Shown here: piece after piece, positions 48,440 through 55,365 of the stretch
Position numbering within the stretch: the stretch's first letter is position 1
How the letters are laid out: each line of letters begins with the position of its first letter
Assembly: GCA_034439975.1 (NCBI GenBank)
Contig: JAWXBK010000110.1
Location: 18,818 to 82,817 of the forward strand
Length of the DNA: 64,000 nucleotides
Source of the DNA: Rhodospirillaceae bacterium
Lineage (GTDB): Bacteria > Pseudomonadota > Alphaproteobacteria > Dongiales > Dongiaceae
Direction of reading: 5' to 3'
The notes under the pieces: generated by a model
Databases searched by the model: none
What the model was told of the DNA's origin: nothing
What the model saw: only the letters and a program-made list of their open reading frames with translations
Position numbers and translations under genes: made by a program

Positions 48440-48919
48440 TCACGGCGTTGTCGCGATCTCCACCACAGCTTCTTCCTCCATCCGCGTCGCACCGATCGAC
48501 ATGCAGTAATAGACCTGCGTCGAATAGGATTTGTCGTCGCGCTCGGAGATCCTTGCGGTCGGCGCCTGGCCGACGGCGAGCAGCAGGCCCGACTTGCGCC
48601 AGGCGAAGCATTGCCGGTCGCCGCTGCCGTCGAGCGTCAGCCGCTGCGAACGGATGAAGCGGAAGCCGAGGAACGTATCGATCTGGCCTGCGACCAGCGC
48701 CTTCACGGTATTGTAGTCGGCGCTCTTCACCTCGGTGGTGTTGCCGAAGCGACGATGGCAGACGAGTACGTTGAAGCGCCGCATCTGCCCGTGCAGCGCA
48801 AGCTGCAGCGGCCGCGGCCGGTAGGGCAGACGAATGATCGGGAGCGCCGTGGTCCCCGCTCGAACATTGCTGGATGCGCGTGGTTTTCGCGCGATCGGGG
48901 CGGTCGCAGCTTCCTTCAC
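48440..48919 (-). pseudogene. Chimeric ORF: terminase large-subunit N-terminus fused to major-capsid C-terminus (deletion scar)
   Basis: GTG start at 48919, with GGAGG 9 nt upstream. Residues about 1-62 (LPYRPRPLQLALHGQMRRFNVLVCHRRFGNT) look like a TerL N-terminus up to a Walker-A-like segment. Residues about 63-159 (DTFLGFRFIRS...ISERDDKSYSTQVYYCMSIGATRMEEEAVVEI) look like a capsid C-terminus. Both are recalled patterns. Confidence 0.5.
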
Positions 48920-48965
48920 GATGCTGCGCCTCCGCGGCGGTCACGAGGATGTATCCGGATCGCTC

Positions 48966-48998
48966 AAAGAAAAAGGCGGCCCGGGATTTCCGGCCGCC
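48966..48998 (-). terminator. Rho-independent terminator between promoter and structural genes
   Basis: Minus strand reads ggcggccggaaatcccgggccgcc followed by tttttcttt. The stem is ggcggcc/ggccgcc plus 2 further bp. Confidence 0.6.
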
Positions 48999-49020
48999 TC
49001 CTGCGATCATTGCATTTACG
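48966..49020 (-). ncRNA. Predicted short (~55 nt) terminated leader transcript
   Basis: Inferred only from the promoter at 49027-49055 and the terminator at 48966-48998. It holds no ORF longer than 2 codons. Confidence 0.3.
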
Positions 49021-49026
49021 AAACAG

Positions 49027-49055
49027 ACTATAGGATTATCCTCCTAGAGTGTCAA
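49027..49055 (-). promoter_or_regulatory. Near-consensus sigma70-type promoter (TTGACA-17-TATAGT)
   Basis: On the minus strand, TTGACA spans 49055-49050, followed by a 17-nt spacer ctctaggaggataatcc and TATAGT at 49032-49027. It sits in a locally AT-rich patch. The spacer contains the palindrome AGGATTATCCT. Confidence 0.55.
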
Positions 49056-49069
49056 TAAAAATCTTGCTC

Positions 49070-49363
49070 TCACCCCTCCCACGCGAGCCGCACCGTCCGC
49101 TCACCGGTTTCGCTCTCGCCGCCGGCATTCTTGCCATAACCCCAGGTCAGGATCTGCGTCGCCGCAGCCACCCGAGCCGCGGGCGGCGCATTCGCATCCT
49201 GCATGACCGCGACGAACGCCTCGAGCGCTGCCGTCGTGTGCCGGCGCGCCTGTCGGGCGATGTCCAGTCCGCTGGGGGTGCGGGCCGATCCGGGCTTCGC
49301 GGCAGCCGATTTCGCTTTCGCGCCGGCCGGTTCGACGGCGATCGGTTTGCGTTTCGTTTTCAC
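49070..49363 (-). CDS. Phage small protein (possible small terminase / DNA-binding or regulatory protein)
   Basis: 97 aa. The GTG start overlaps the upstream stop (GTGA). The C-terminal ARVAAATQILTWGYGK motif recurs in small phage proteins encoded next to terminases (recalled). Confidence 0.55.
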   Translation of the reverse strand: MKTKRKPIAVEPAGAKAKSAAAKPGSARTPSGLDIARQARRHTTAALEAFVAVMQDANAPPAARVAAATQILTWGYGKNAGGESETGERTVRLAWEG

Positions 49364-50004
49364 GGTGTCTCTCCCCGACGTTTGATCGGAGGCTGAGCGG
49401 TCGGATCGAGGCTCGCATAGCTATGCGCTTCCATCCGCCCGGCCCGCGCCGCGGCGATCCCGAAACAGGCCGACAGGATTGCAAGCCCGTTACGGATCGC
49501 GCGCAGCTCGGCCGAGCGCTGCAGCGATCCCGGCAAACGTCGGCCCGACTGTACATTTGCAAGGAACGACGGCGTCATCTGGAACACGATCAGATTTTCG
49601 GTCGCATCGCAGACGGCACGGCCGCCGGCCAGCAGCCGGTTCTTCGCATGACGAAAGCGGCGCTGAACCGCAACACGCTCATGGTCGGGCCCATCGCGAT
49701 CGAGCTCTGGTAAAGCGCGCCGGACCGACTCGCCGGGCAACGCATCCTGAAGCTTCGTCGCCGCCGGCGGCATGTAGCCGGTCACGCGGCGATAGAGATA
49801 GGCATAGATCGCGGCGCAGCGATGCTCTTCGATCGTGACGAGGCCGAGCGCCAGCATGCGGCCCAGCGGATACTCGCTCAGCGACGGATCCGCCCCCGTC
49901 CCGCCGACCAGCGCGAGCTTGCGCGCGCGCAATTCGGGTGTGCCCTGGTCGAGACCCGATGATTCCTTGCGCGGCCGTCCGCCGCGGCTTCGCCGTGCCG
50001 GCAT
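49360..50004 (-). CDS. Phage early protein, function unknown
   Basis: 214 aa, ATG at 50004. The basic N-terminus is RRSRGGRPRKESSGLDQGTPELRARK. Confidence 0.6.
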   Translation of the reverse strand: MPARRSRGGRPRKESSGLDQGTPELRARKLALVGGTGADPSLSEYPLGRMLALGLVTIEEHRCAAIYAYLYRRVTGYMPPAATKLQDALPGESVRRALPELDRDGPDHERVAVQRRFRHAKNRLLAGGRAVCDATENLIVFQMTPSFLANVQSGRRLPGSLQRSAELRAIRNGLAILSACFGIAAARAGRMEAHSYASLDPTAQPPIKRRGETP

Positions 50005-50010
50005 CGTTCG

Positions 50011-50253
50011 CTACTCCGCCCCATCGTCGTCTTCTTCATGGTCCTCGTCGAGCCCGAGCGCCCATTGCCGGGCCCACTCGACGATCCACAATGCCCGCTC
50101 TGCCGTCATGTCGCTGCAGATCGCTTCGAATTCGCCGTCCTCGGTGATGCCGACCCCGATCAGCGACTCCCACCGGCGCTTTGCGACCGCGCCCGCGACC
50201 TGCTCCGGCCGCAAACTGTCCGAAATCGGGAAATCGACGACTTTCGAGCCCAT
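50011..50253 (-). CDS. Small acidic phage protein, divergent from the repressor
   Basis: 80 aa. The ATG at 50253 follows GGGGAGA. It has an acidic tail (DEDHEEDDDGAE). It occupies the cro-like position, but I saw no obvious HTH. Confidence 0.6.
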   Translation of the reverse strand: MGSKVVDFPISDSLRPEQVAGAVAKRRWESLIGVGITEDGEFEAICSDMTAERALWIVEWARQWALGLDEDHEEDDDGAE

Positions 50254-50286
50254 TCTTTGTCTCCCCTTTCCGCACCCGATTTTCGC

Positions 50287-50324
50287 TACGCTTGCATTAC
50301 CGGTTTATTTAGATTAAATGCGTA
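50287..50324. promoter_or_regulatory. Candidate operator/promoter: TACGC-N28-GCGTA around TTGCAT-17-TAAATG
   Basis: TACGC at 50287-50291 and GCGTA at 50320-50324. On the plus strand, a -35-like TTGCAT lies at 50292-50297 and a -10-like TAAATG at 50315-50320, facing the repressor gene. Confidence 0.35.
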
Positions 50325-50380
50325 ACTCTGTCAAGGGGAATCGGTGGACATCTGCCGCGCTTTGCGGCGAAATGAGGCGC

Positions 50381-51061
50381 ATGGAACCATCTGAAGCTGC
50401 TCGCCGCCTGAAGGCGCTCCGTGAACGCGCCGGGCTGCCGATGCGTGCCGTATCGGAATCGCTCGGCTGGACGTTAACCCGCTATCAGCATTACGAGGAT
50501 CGCTACCGACGGCCGTATCTGCCGCTCGAGTTCGTGCGACGCCTTGCCGATATCTTTGCGCAACGCGGCGTCGATCCGGGCGAGGTGATGTCGCTGGCCG
50601 GTGTCGGGCCGGGCGGCTTGACCAGCCTGCCCTCGGCACCCCCGCCGCTCGTCGGCAATGGCGCGCACCCGATCGGCGGGCGCGATCTGCCGATCATGGG
50701 CGCGGTGCGCGGCGGCGCCGAAGGGTTCTTCTTCAACGACGGAGAACCCAAGGAATATCTACGCCGGCCGCCGTTTCTCGAAGGTGCGGCGAACGCCTTT
50801 GCGCTCTATGTCGACGGCGACAGTATGGAGCCGCGCTACTTCGCCGGCGAGATTCTCTACGTCAATCCGAACCGGCCCGTCACGCGCAACTGTTTCGTCG
50901 CGGTCGAACTTGCCGATGGCCAGGGATTGATTAAACAGTTCCTCCGCCGCGACGATACGCTGGTCGTGTTGCGCCAGTTCAATCCGGCAAAAGAAATCCG
51001 CGTTCAGTCGGATCAGGTGCGCCACATCTATCGCATCACCGGCGCGGGAGAGGCCGGTTAG
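50381..51061 (+). CDS. CI/LexA-like phage repressor (XRE HTH + S24 peptidase)
   Basis: The ATG at 50381 follows GAGG; an alternative ATG lies at 50372. The HTH is RLKALRERAGLPMRAVSESLGWTLTRYQHYE. The S24 part is ALYVDGDSMEPRYFAGEILYVNP ... GLIKQF. Confidence 0.85.
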   Translation: MEPSEAARRLKALRERAGLPMRAVSESLGWTLTRYQHYEDRYRRPYLPLEFVRRLADIFAQRGVDPGEVMSLAGVGPGGLTSLPSAPPPLVGNGAHPIGGRDLPIMGAVRGGAEGFFFNDGEPKEYLRRPPFLEGAANAFALYVDGDSMEPRYFAGEILYVNPNRPVTRNCFVAVELADGQGLIKQFLRRDDTLVVLRQFNPAKEIRVQSDQVRHIYRITGAGEAG

Positions 51062-51208
51062 CGTACTCTCGCTGCGACCCATCCCCCTCGGAATACGCCG
51101 CCGGAGCGACGGCTGGGACGGGCAGTCGCCGCCATTGCGGTTTTCGTAAAATCCCCCTCGTCGGGGGTGTTCGAAGGGTGAAAGACACGGCAATGTCACA
51201 GGTAGAAT

Positions 51209-51250
51209 TACGCATTATTCATTGACTTTATGATGGTATTAGCGTAATAC
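51209..51250 (+). promoter_or_regulatory. Candidate operator/promoter: TACGC-N28-GCGTA with TTGACT-17-TAATAC
   Basis: TACGC at 51209-51213 and GCGTA at 51242-51246. TTGACT lies at 51222-51227, followed by a 17-nt spacer and TAATAC at 51245-51250. The palindrome ggtatta-gcg-taatacc spans 51236-51252. Confidence 0.45.
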
Positions 51251-51302
51251 CGTTCTCCCGCGGGCGCCCTGCTCGCTGCCAGCCAAGGGGAGAACGAGAA
51301 AA

Positions 51303-51626
51303 ATGACCTTCAAATCGCGTGAACTCAGCGTGCTCGCTTATGCCAACGGCTTCACGCTCTGGCATTACCGAACCGAAGATCCGCTCGATCTCCTGCTCGA
51401 TCCCACGACCGGCGCCTTCGAGGACGCCGGCTATTTCGGCGCCGCCTGCGATCTGCTTTGTGCGGGCGACCAGATCACGATCAATCTGAATGGTCGGCCG
51501 ACGCCGGCGATCGCCTGTTTCGTGGTTCAGAGCGTCAATCCGGGCGGTCAGGTCAGGGTCGCACCGATCGATGGCCATCCCATCGCGCGCCCTGGCAGCA
51601 CAGCGCCCGCCGAACTCGCGGCCTGA
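51303..51626 (+). CDS. Hypothetical protein (107 aa)
   Basis: The ATG at 51303 follows GGGGAGAACGAG. It has its own promoter-like site upstream and a terminator downstream. I recognise no motif. Confidence 0.65.
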   Translation: MTFKSRELSVLAYANGFTLWHYRTEDPLDLLLDPTTGAFEDAGYFGAACDLLCAGDQITINLNGRPTPAIACFVVQSVNPGGQVRVAPIDGHPIARPGSTAPAELAA

Positions 51627-51638
51627 GGCAAACGAAAA

Positions 51639-51672
51639 CCGGACCGCTCTTTGCGAACGGTCCGGCTTTTTC
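51639..51672. terminator. Bidirectional Rho-independent terminator
   Basis: The stem ccggaccg (51639-51646) / cggtccgg (51658-51665) is flanked by aaaa on the left and ttttt on the right. It lies between convergent genes. Confidence 0.65.
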
Positions 51673-51685
51673 GTTTCGTCGAAAG

Positions 51686-52675
51686 TTACGCGCCGATCTC
51701 GACCACGACCCGGCCGCGGACCTTGCCTTCGAGAATCTGTTTCGACATGCCCACGAGATCCTTGAGCGGCGTCGTCTTTGTCATCGCATCCAGCTTCGCC
51801 ATCGGCAGATCGCTCGCGAGGCGTCGCCATGCTTCGCGGCGAATCTCGATCGGGCACATCACGGAATCGACACCGATGAGACGCACGCCACGCAGCAGGA
51901 ACGGGATCACCGTCGTCTCGAGCTTGGTGCCGCCCGCAAGGCCGCAGGCGGCGACGCAGCCGCGATATTTCATCTGCGGCAGGATCGCAGCGAGCGTTGA
52001 ACCGCCAACCGCGTCGACGCAGCCCGCCCAGCGTTCGGAATCGAGCGGCTTGCCCGAGGGCGTCGCGATCGTGCTGCGCTCGATGATCTCGGCCGCACCG
52101 AGACCCTTCAGATAATCGCTCTCGCTATCCACACGCCCGGTCGACGCGATCACCTTGTACCCGAGCTTCGCCAGGATCGCGGTCGCGACGCTGCCGACAC
52201 CGCCGGCCGCACCGGTAACCAGCACATCGCCCGCCGCCGGCTCGATGCCGTTGTTCTCGAGTTCCATCACGCAGAGCATCGAGGTGAGGCCCGCGGTTCC
52301 GATCGCCATGGCCTGCTTCGCGCTGAGCCCCTTCGGCAGTTTGACCAGCCAGTCGCCCTTCACGCGCGCCTTGCCGGCATAGCCGCCCCAGCGCGCTTCG
52401 CCGACGCGCCAGCCGGTGAGGATCGCTTCGTCGCCCTTCTTCCAGTCGGGATGGCTCGATTCGATAACCGTGCCGGCAAAATCCACGCCCGGCACATGCG
52501 GATAATTCCGCACCAGCCGCCCGAGCCCGTTGAGGATCATCCCGTCTTTGTAGTTGAGCGTCGAATACTCGACCGCGATGGTGACATCGCCCTCCGGCAA
52601 CCGGTCTTCGCCGAGTTCCTGGATCGACGATACGACCTTGCCGTCGCTCTCTTCCAGCACGAGCGCCTTGAACAT
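51686..52675 (-). CDS. YhdH/AcuI-type NADPH:quinone / acrylyl-CoA reductase (MDR family)
   Basis: 329 aa. Motifs: MFKALVLEE...VEYSTLNYKDG and VTGAAGGVGS. Confidence 0.88.
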   Translation of the reverse strand: MFKALVLEESDGKVVSSIQELGEDRLPEGDVTIAVEYSTLNYKDGMILNGLGRLVRNYPHVPGVDFAGTVIESSHPDWKKGDEAILTGWRVGEARWGGYAGKARVKGDWLVKLPKGLSAKQAMAIGTAGLTSMLCVMELENNGIEPAAGDVLVTGAAGGVGSVATAILAKLGYKVIASTGRVDSESDYLKGLGAAEIIERSTIATPSGKPLDSERWAGCVDAVGGSTLAAILPQMKYRGCVAACGLAGGTKLETTVIPFLLRGVRLIGVDSVMCPIEIRREAWRRLASDLPMAKLDAMTKTTPLKDLVGMSKQILEGKVRGRVVVEIGA

Positions 52676-52850
52676 GACTTCGATCCTCCGATTGTGTCGT
52701 TCCGGGCCCGGCCCGGTTGCGGGCGTTCTAGCGGATGGCGGGCCTATCTGCCAGCGGCGCGGTTTTGCCGCGCCCTCGTTCCGCCCGATTCTACGCTAGG
52801 ATGCGCACGGTGGAAAAAGCCGCCAGCGTCGCGAACCGACGGAGATCGCC

Positions 52851-53312
52851 ATGCGCCTCGTCGCTACCTTTACCCTGATTGCCAGCCTGTTCGCCGCGAC
52901 GGCCATTATTGGCGCCGCGCCAGCCGACGCCGACGAGCCCGTGCTGACCGGCACGCTCTACAAGGATCCGGCCTGCGGCTGCTGCGCGGAATATGGCGCC
53001 TATCTTCGCGAGAACGGTTTCGAGCTCGAAATCGTCAACACTGAAGACATGGCCTCGATCAAGCACGCGCATGGCGTGCCGGCCGATCTCGAGGGCTGCC
53101 ACTCGCTCACGATCGGCGACTACATCGTCGAGGGCCATGTGCCGGTTGCGGTCATCCTGCGGCTGCTGACCGAGCAGCCGGACATCGCCGGCATCTCGCT
53201 CCCCGGCATGCCGATGGGCTCGCCCGGCATGAGCGGCGACAAGGAAGCGCCGTTCGAGATCTATGCGATCGGCGATAATGGCGAGGATCCCGCAGTCTAC
53301 GCGGTGGAGTAA
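52851..53312 (+). CDS. DUF411 (CopG-like) periplasmic metal-binding protein
   Basis: It has a signal peptide, then KDPACGCC...GVPADLEGCHSLTIGDYIVEGHVP and PGMPMGSPGM. Confidence 0.8.
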   Translation: MRLVATFTLIASLFAATAIIGAAPADADEPVLTGTLYKDPACGCCAEYGAYLRENGFELEIVNTEDMASIKHAHGVPADLEGCHSLTIGDYIVEGHVPVAVILRLLTEQPDIAGISLPGMPMGSPGMSGDKEAPFEIYAIGDNGEDPAVYAVE

Positions 53313-53343
53313 GGCCGCCCGCTACAGACGAAACGCGCTTCGT

Positions 53344-54441
53344 TCAGCCAGACACGCCCAACCGGGTGACCGCCTTCAGCGCGGCACCGACCGCCTGATC
53401 CATATTGTAATAGCGATATTGTGCGAGCCGGCCGACGAACGTGACGTTGCCCTCGCCGGCTGCCAGCGCCTGATAGCGCTGATACAGAATCGCATTCTCC
53501 GGTCGCGGGATGGGATAGAACGGTTCGCCCTCGCTTTGCGGATACTCGCGCATGATCGACGTCCCGGGATGCTCCTGCCCGGTCAGATGTTTGAACTCCG
53601 TGATGCGCGTGAACGCTTCCTCGTTCGGATAATTGACCGTGCCGACCGGCTGGAACCGCGCCACGCCTGACAGATGCTCGTGCTCGAAATGCAAGGATCG
53701 ATAGGGCAGCGCGCCATGCCGGTAATGGAAATAGGCATCGATCGGGCCGGTATAGATCAGATGATCCCAGGTAACGCGGTTTCGAATATCGGAAAAATCG
53801 ATATCGGTCTGAACCTCGATGTTCGGATGATCGAGCATCGCCCCGAACATCGCCGTATAGCCATCGGCCGGCATGAACTGGAATTCGTCGCCAAAGCAGC
53901 GATCGTCGTCGTTGGTCCGCGTCACGATCCGCCGCGCCACCTCGGGTGCGAGTTGCGACAGGTCGAGGCCCCATTGCTTGCGCGTGTAACCGCGGAAGAA
54001 CCGGTCGCAAAGATCGGCGCCCACGGCATTGAGCACCACGTCTTCGCTGGTCCGCTCCGGATCGCGCCTCTCGCGGACGCGATCGAGATAGGTCCGGATT
54101 CCGGCCTCGTCGTGATTGAGTCCGTAAAGCCGGTTGATGGTCGTGCGATTGATCGGAAAGGGATAGAGCTCGCTCCCGAGGCGCGCCAGGATACGATGCT
54201 CGTAGAATCGCCATTGCGTGAAGCGAGACAGATAGTCGAACACGCGCTGGCTGTTGGTATGAAAGATGTGCGGACCATAGACGTGGATCAGTACGCCGTC
54301 CGCATCGAGCCGGTCATAGGCATTGCCACCGACATGCGGGCGCCGGTCGACGATCAGCACTCTGGCCCCGTTCGCCGCCAGCCGCTCGGCAAAGACGCTG
54401 CCGGCAAATCCCGCGCCGACGATCAGGACCGGGACATGCAC
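53344..54441 (-). CDS. glf: UDP-galactopyranose mutase
   Basis: GTG start. VLIVGAGFAGSVFAERLA (FAD fold), VDRRPHVGGNAYD and YNMDQAV near the C-terminus. Confidence 0.9.
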   Translation of the reverse strand: MHVPVLIVGAGFAGSVFAERLAANGARVLIVDRRPHVGGNAYDRLDADGVLIHVYGPHIFHTNSQRVFDYLSRFTQWRFYEHRILARLGSELYPFPINRTTINRLYGLNHDEAGIRTYLDRVRERRDPERTSEDVVLNAVGADLCDRFFRGYTRKQWGLDLSQLAPEVARRIVTRTNDDDRCFGDEFQFMPADGYTAMFGAMLDHPNIEVQTDIDFSDIRNRVTWDHLIYTGPIDAYFHYRHGALPYRSLHFEHEHLSGVARFQPVGTVNYPNEEAFTRITEFKHLTGQEHPGTSIMREYPQSEGEPFYPIPRPENAILYQRYQALAAGEGNVTFVGRLAQYRYYNMDQAVGAALKAVTRLGVSG

Positions 54442-54450
54442 CAGCGTCGA

Positions 54451-55281
54451 TCAGCTTTTGAGAAACGCGAGCAGGTCCTCGTTCAGCCGCTCGCCCCAGA
54501 GACCGAAGAAACCATGCGGCCCGCCATCGTAGACTTTGAGCGTCGCGTTCCTGAGCAGCTTGGCCGATTGATGCGCGGACGCGCCGATCGGCACGATCTG
54601 GTCTTCGCTGCCATGCAAGACGAGCACCGGCACGTCGATAGACTTCAGGTCTTCCGTGAAATCGGTTTCCGAGAACGCCTTGATGCAATCGTAGGCCGGC
54701 TTGACGCCGCACATCATGCCCTGCATCCACCAGGAATCGCGCTGGCCCTGCGAAACCTTTGGCCCGGGCTTGTTGGCACCATAAAACGGTTCCGTGATCT
54801 CGCGGAAAAGCTGCGCGCGATCCGCAACGAGCTTGGCGCGAAGATCGTCGAACACCGAAATCGGCAGTCCGCCGGGATTGGCGGACGTTCTGAGCATCAA
54901 CGGCGGCACCGCGCCGAGCAGCACCGCCTTGCCGACGCGGCCCTTGCCGTGACGCGCGACATAGCGCGCGACCTCGCCGCCGCCGGTCGAATGGCCGATA
55001 TGGACAGCATCCTTCAGATCGAGCGCGGCGGTGAGCGTCGCGAGATCGTCGGCATAGGTGTCCATCTCATTGCCGTGCCAGGTCTGGCCCGACCGTCCAT
55101 GGCCGCGGCGGTCATGCGCGATAACGCGGAAGCCGCGCTCGCCGAGAAACAGCATCTGCCGGTCCCAATCGTCGCCGGTCAGCGGCCAGCCATGGCTGAA
55201 AACGACGGGCCGTCCCGATCCCCAATCCTTGTAATAGATCTCGGTGCCGTCTTTGGTCGTGATCGTGGGCATCGCAGCCAT
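54451..55281 (-). CDS. Alpha/beta hydrolase (non-haem haloperoxidase / arylesterase type)
   Basis: [26 protein letters not shown] and the nucleophile elbow GHSTGGG. Confidence 0.88.
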   Translation of the reverse strand: MAAMPTITTKDGTEIYYKDWGSGRPVVFSHGWPLTGDDWDRQMLFLGERGFRVIAHDRRGHGRSGQTWHGNEMDTYADDLATLTAALDLKDAVHIGHSTGGGEVARYVARHGKGRVGKAVLLGAVPPLMLRTSANPGGLPISVFDDLRAKLVADRAQLFREITEPFYGANKPGPKVSQGQRDSWWMQGMMCGVKPAYDCIKAFSETDFTEDLKSIDVPVLVLHGSEDQIVPIGASAHQSAKLLRNATLKVYDGGPHGFFGLWGERLNEDLLAFLKS

Positions 55282-55365
55282 CCCTTTCGCCTATGAAATG
55301 CATCTCATAATACTGCACTCATCAACGGCAGGCACGACGCTGTGGCTTGTCGGGCAGTATGTCGA

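Larger units (their letters stand above)
41186..51061. mobile_element. Podovirus-type prophage remnant (tail, lysis, early and repressor modules only)
   Basis: A contiguous block of phage-like genes with tight start/stop overlaps and a divergent HTH-S24 repressor. I saw no integrase, replication, portal or scaffold genes and no convincing att repeats. Confidence 0.75.

Noticed and set aside
47805-49010. A 401-aa minus-strand ORF spanning the 141-aa gene and the terminase/capsid fragment in another frame.
   Set aside because: Its translation is extremely Arg-rich. It runs straight through the conserved hairpins and the intergenic region. The two shorter ORFs have strong ribosome sites and protein-like sequences.
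49027-49062. The promoter region TTTTTATTGACACTCTAGGAGG resembles the SP6-type single-subunit RNA polymerase promoter core (ATTTAGGTGACACTATAGAAG), which would fit a T7-supergroup ancestry.
   Set aside because: The same bases give a complete TTGACA-17-TATAGT sigma70 promoter. The window has no phage RNA polymerase gene, and no second copy of the motif occurs upstream of other phage genes. I treat it as coincidence unless more copies are found.
49070-49363. A firm call of the 97-aa protein as the small terminase subunit.
   Set aside because: The C-terminal motif is suggestive. However, a strong promoter and a terminator separate it from the terminase fragment, which is atypical for terS-terL. 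I left it as an unknown or possible regulator.
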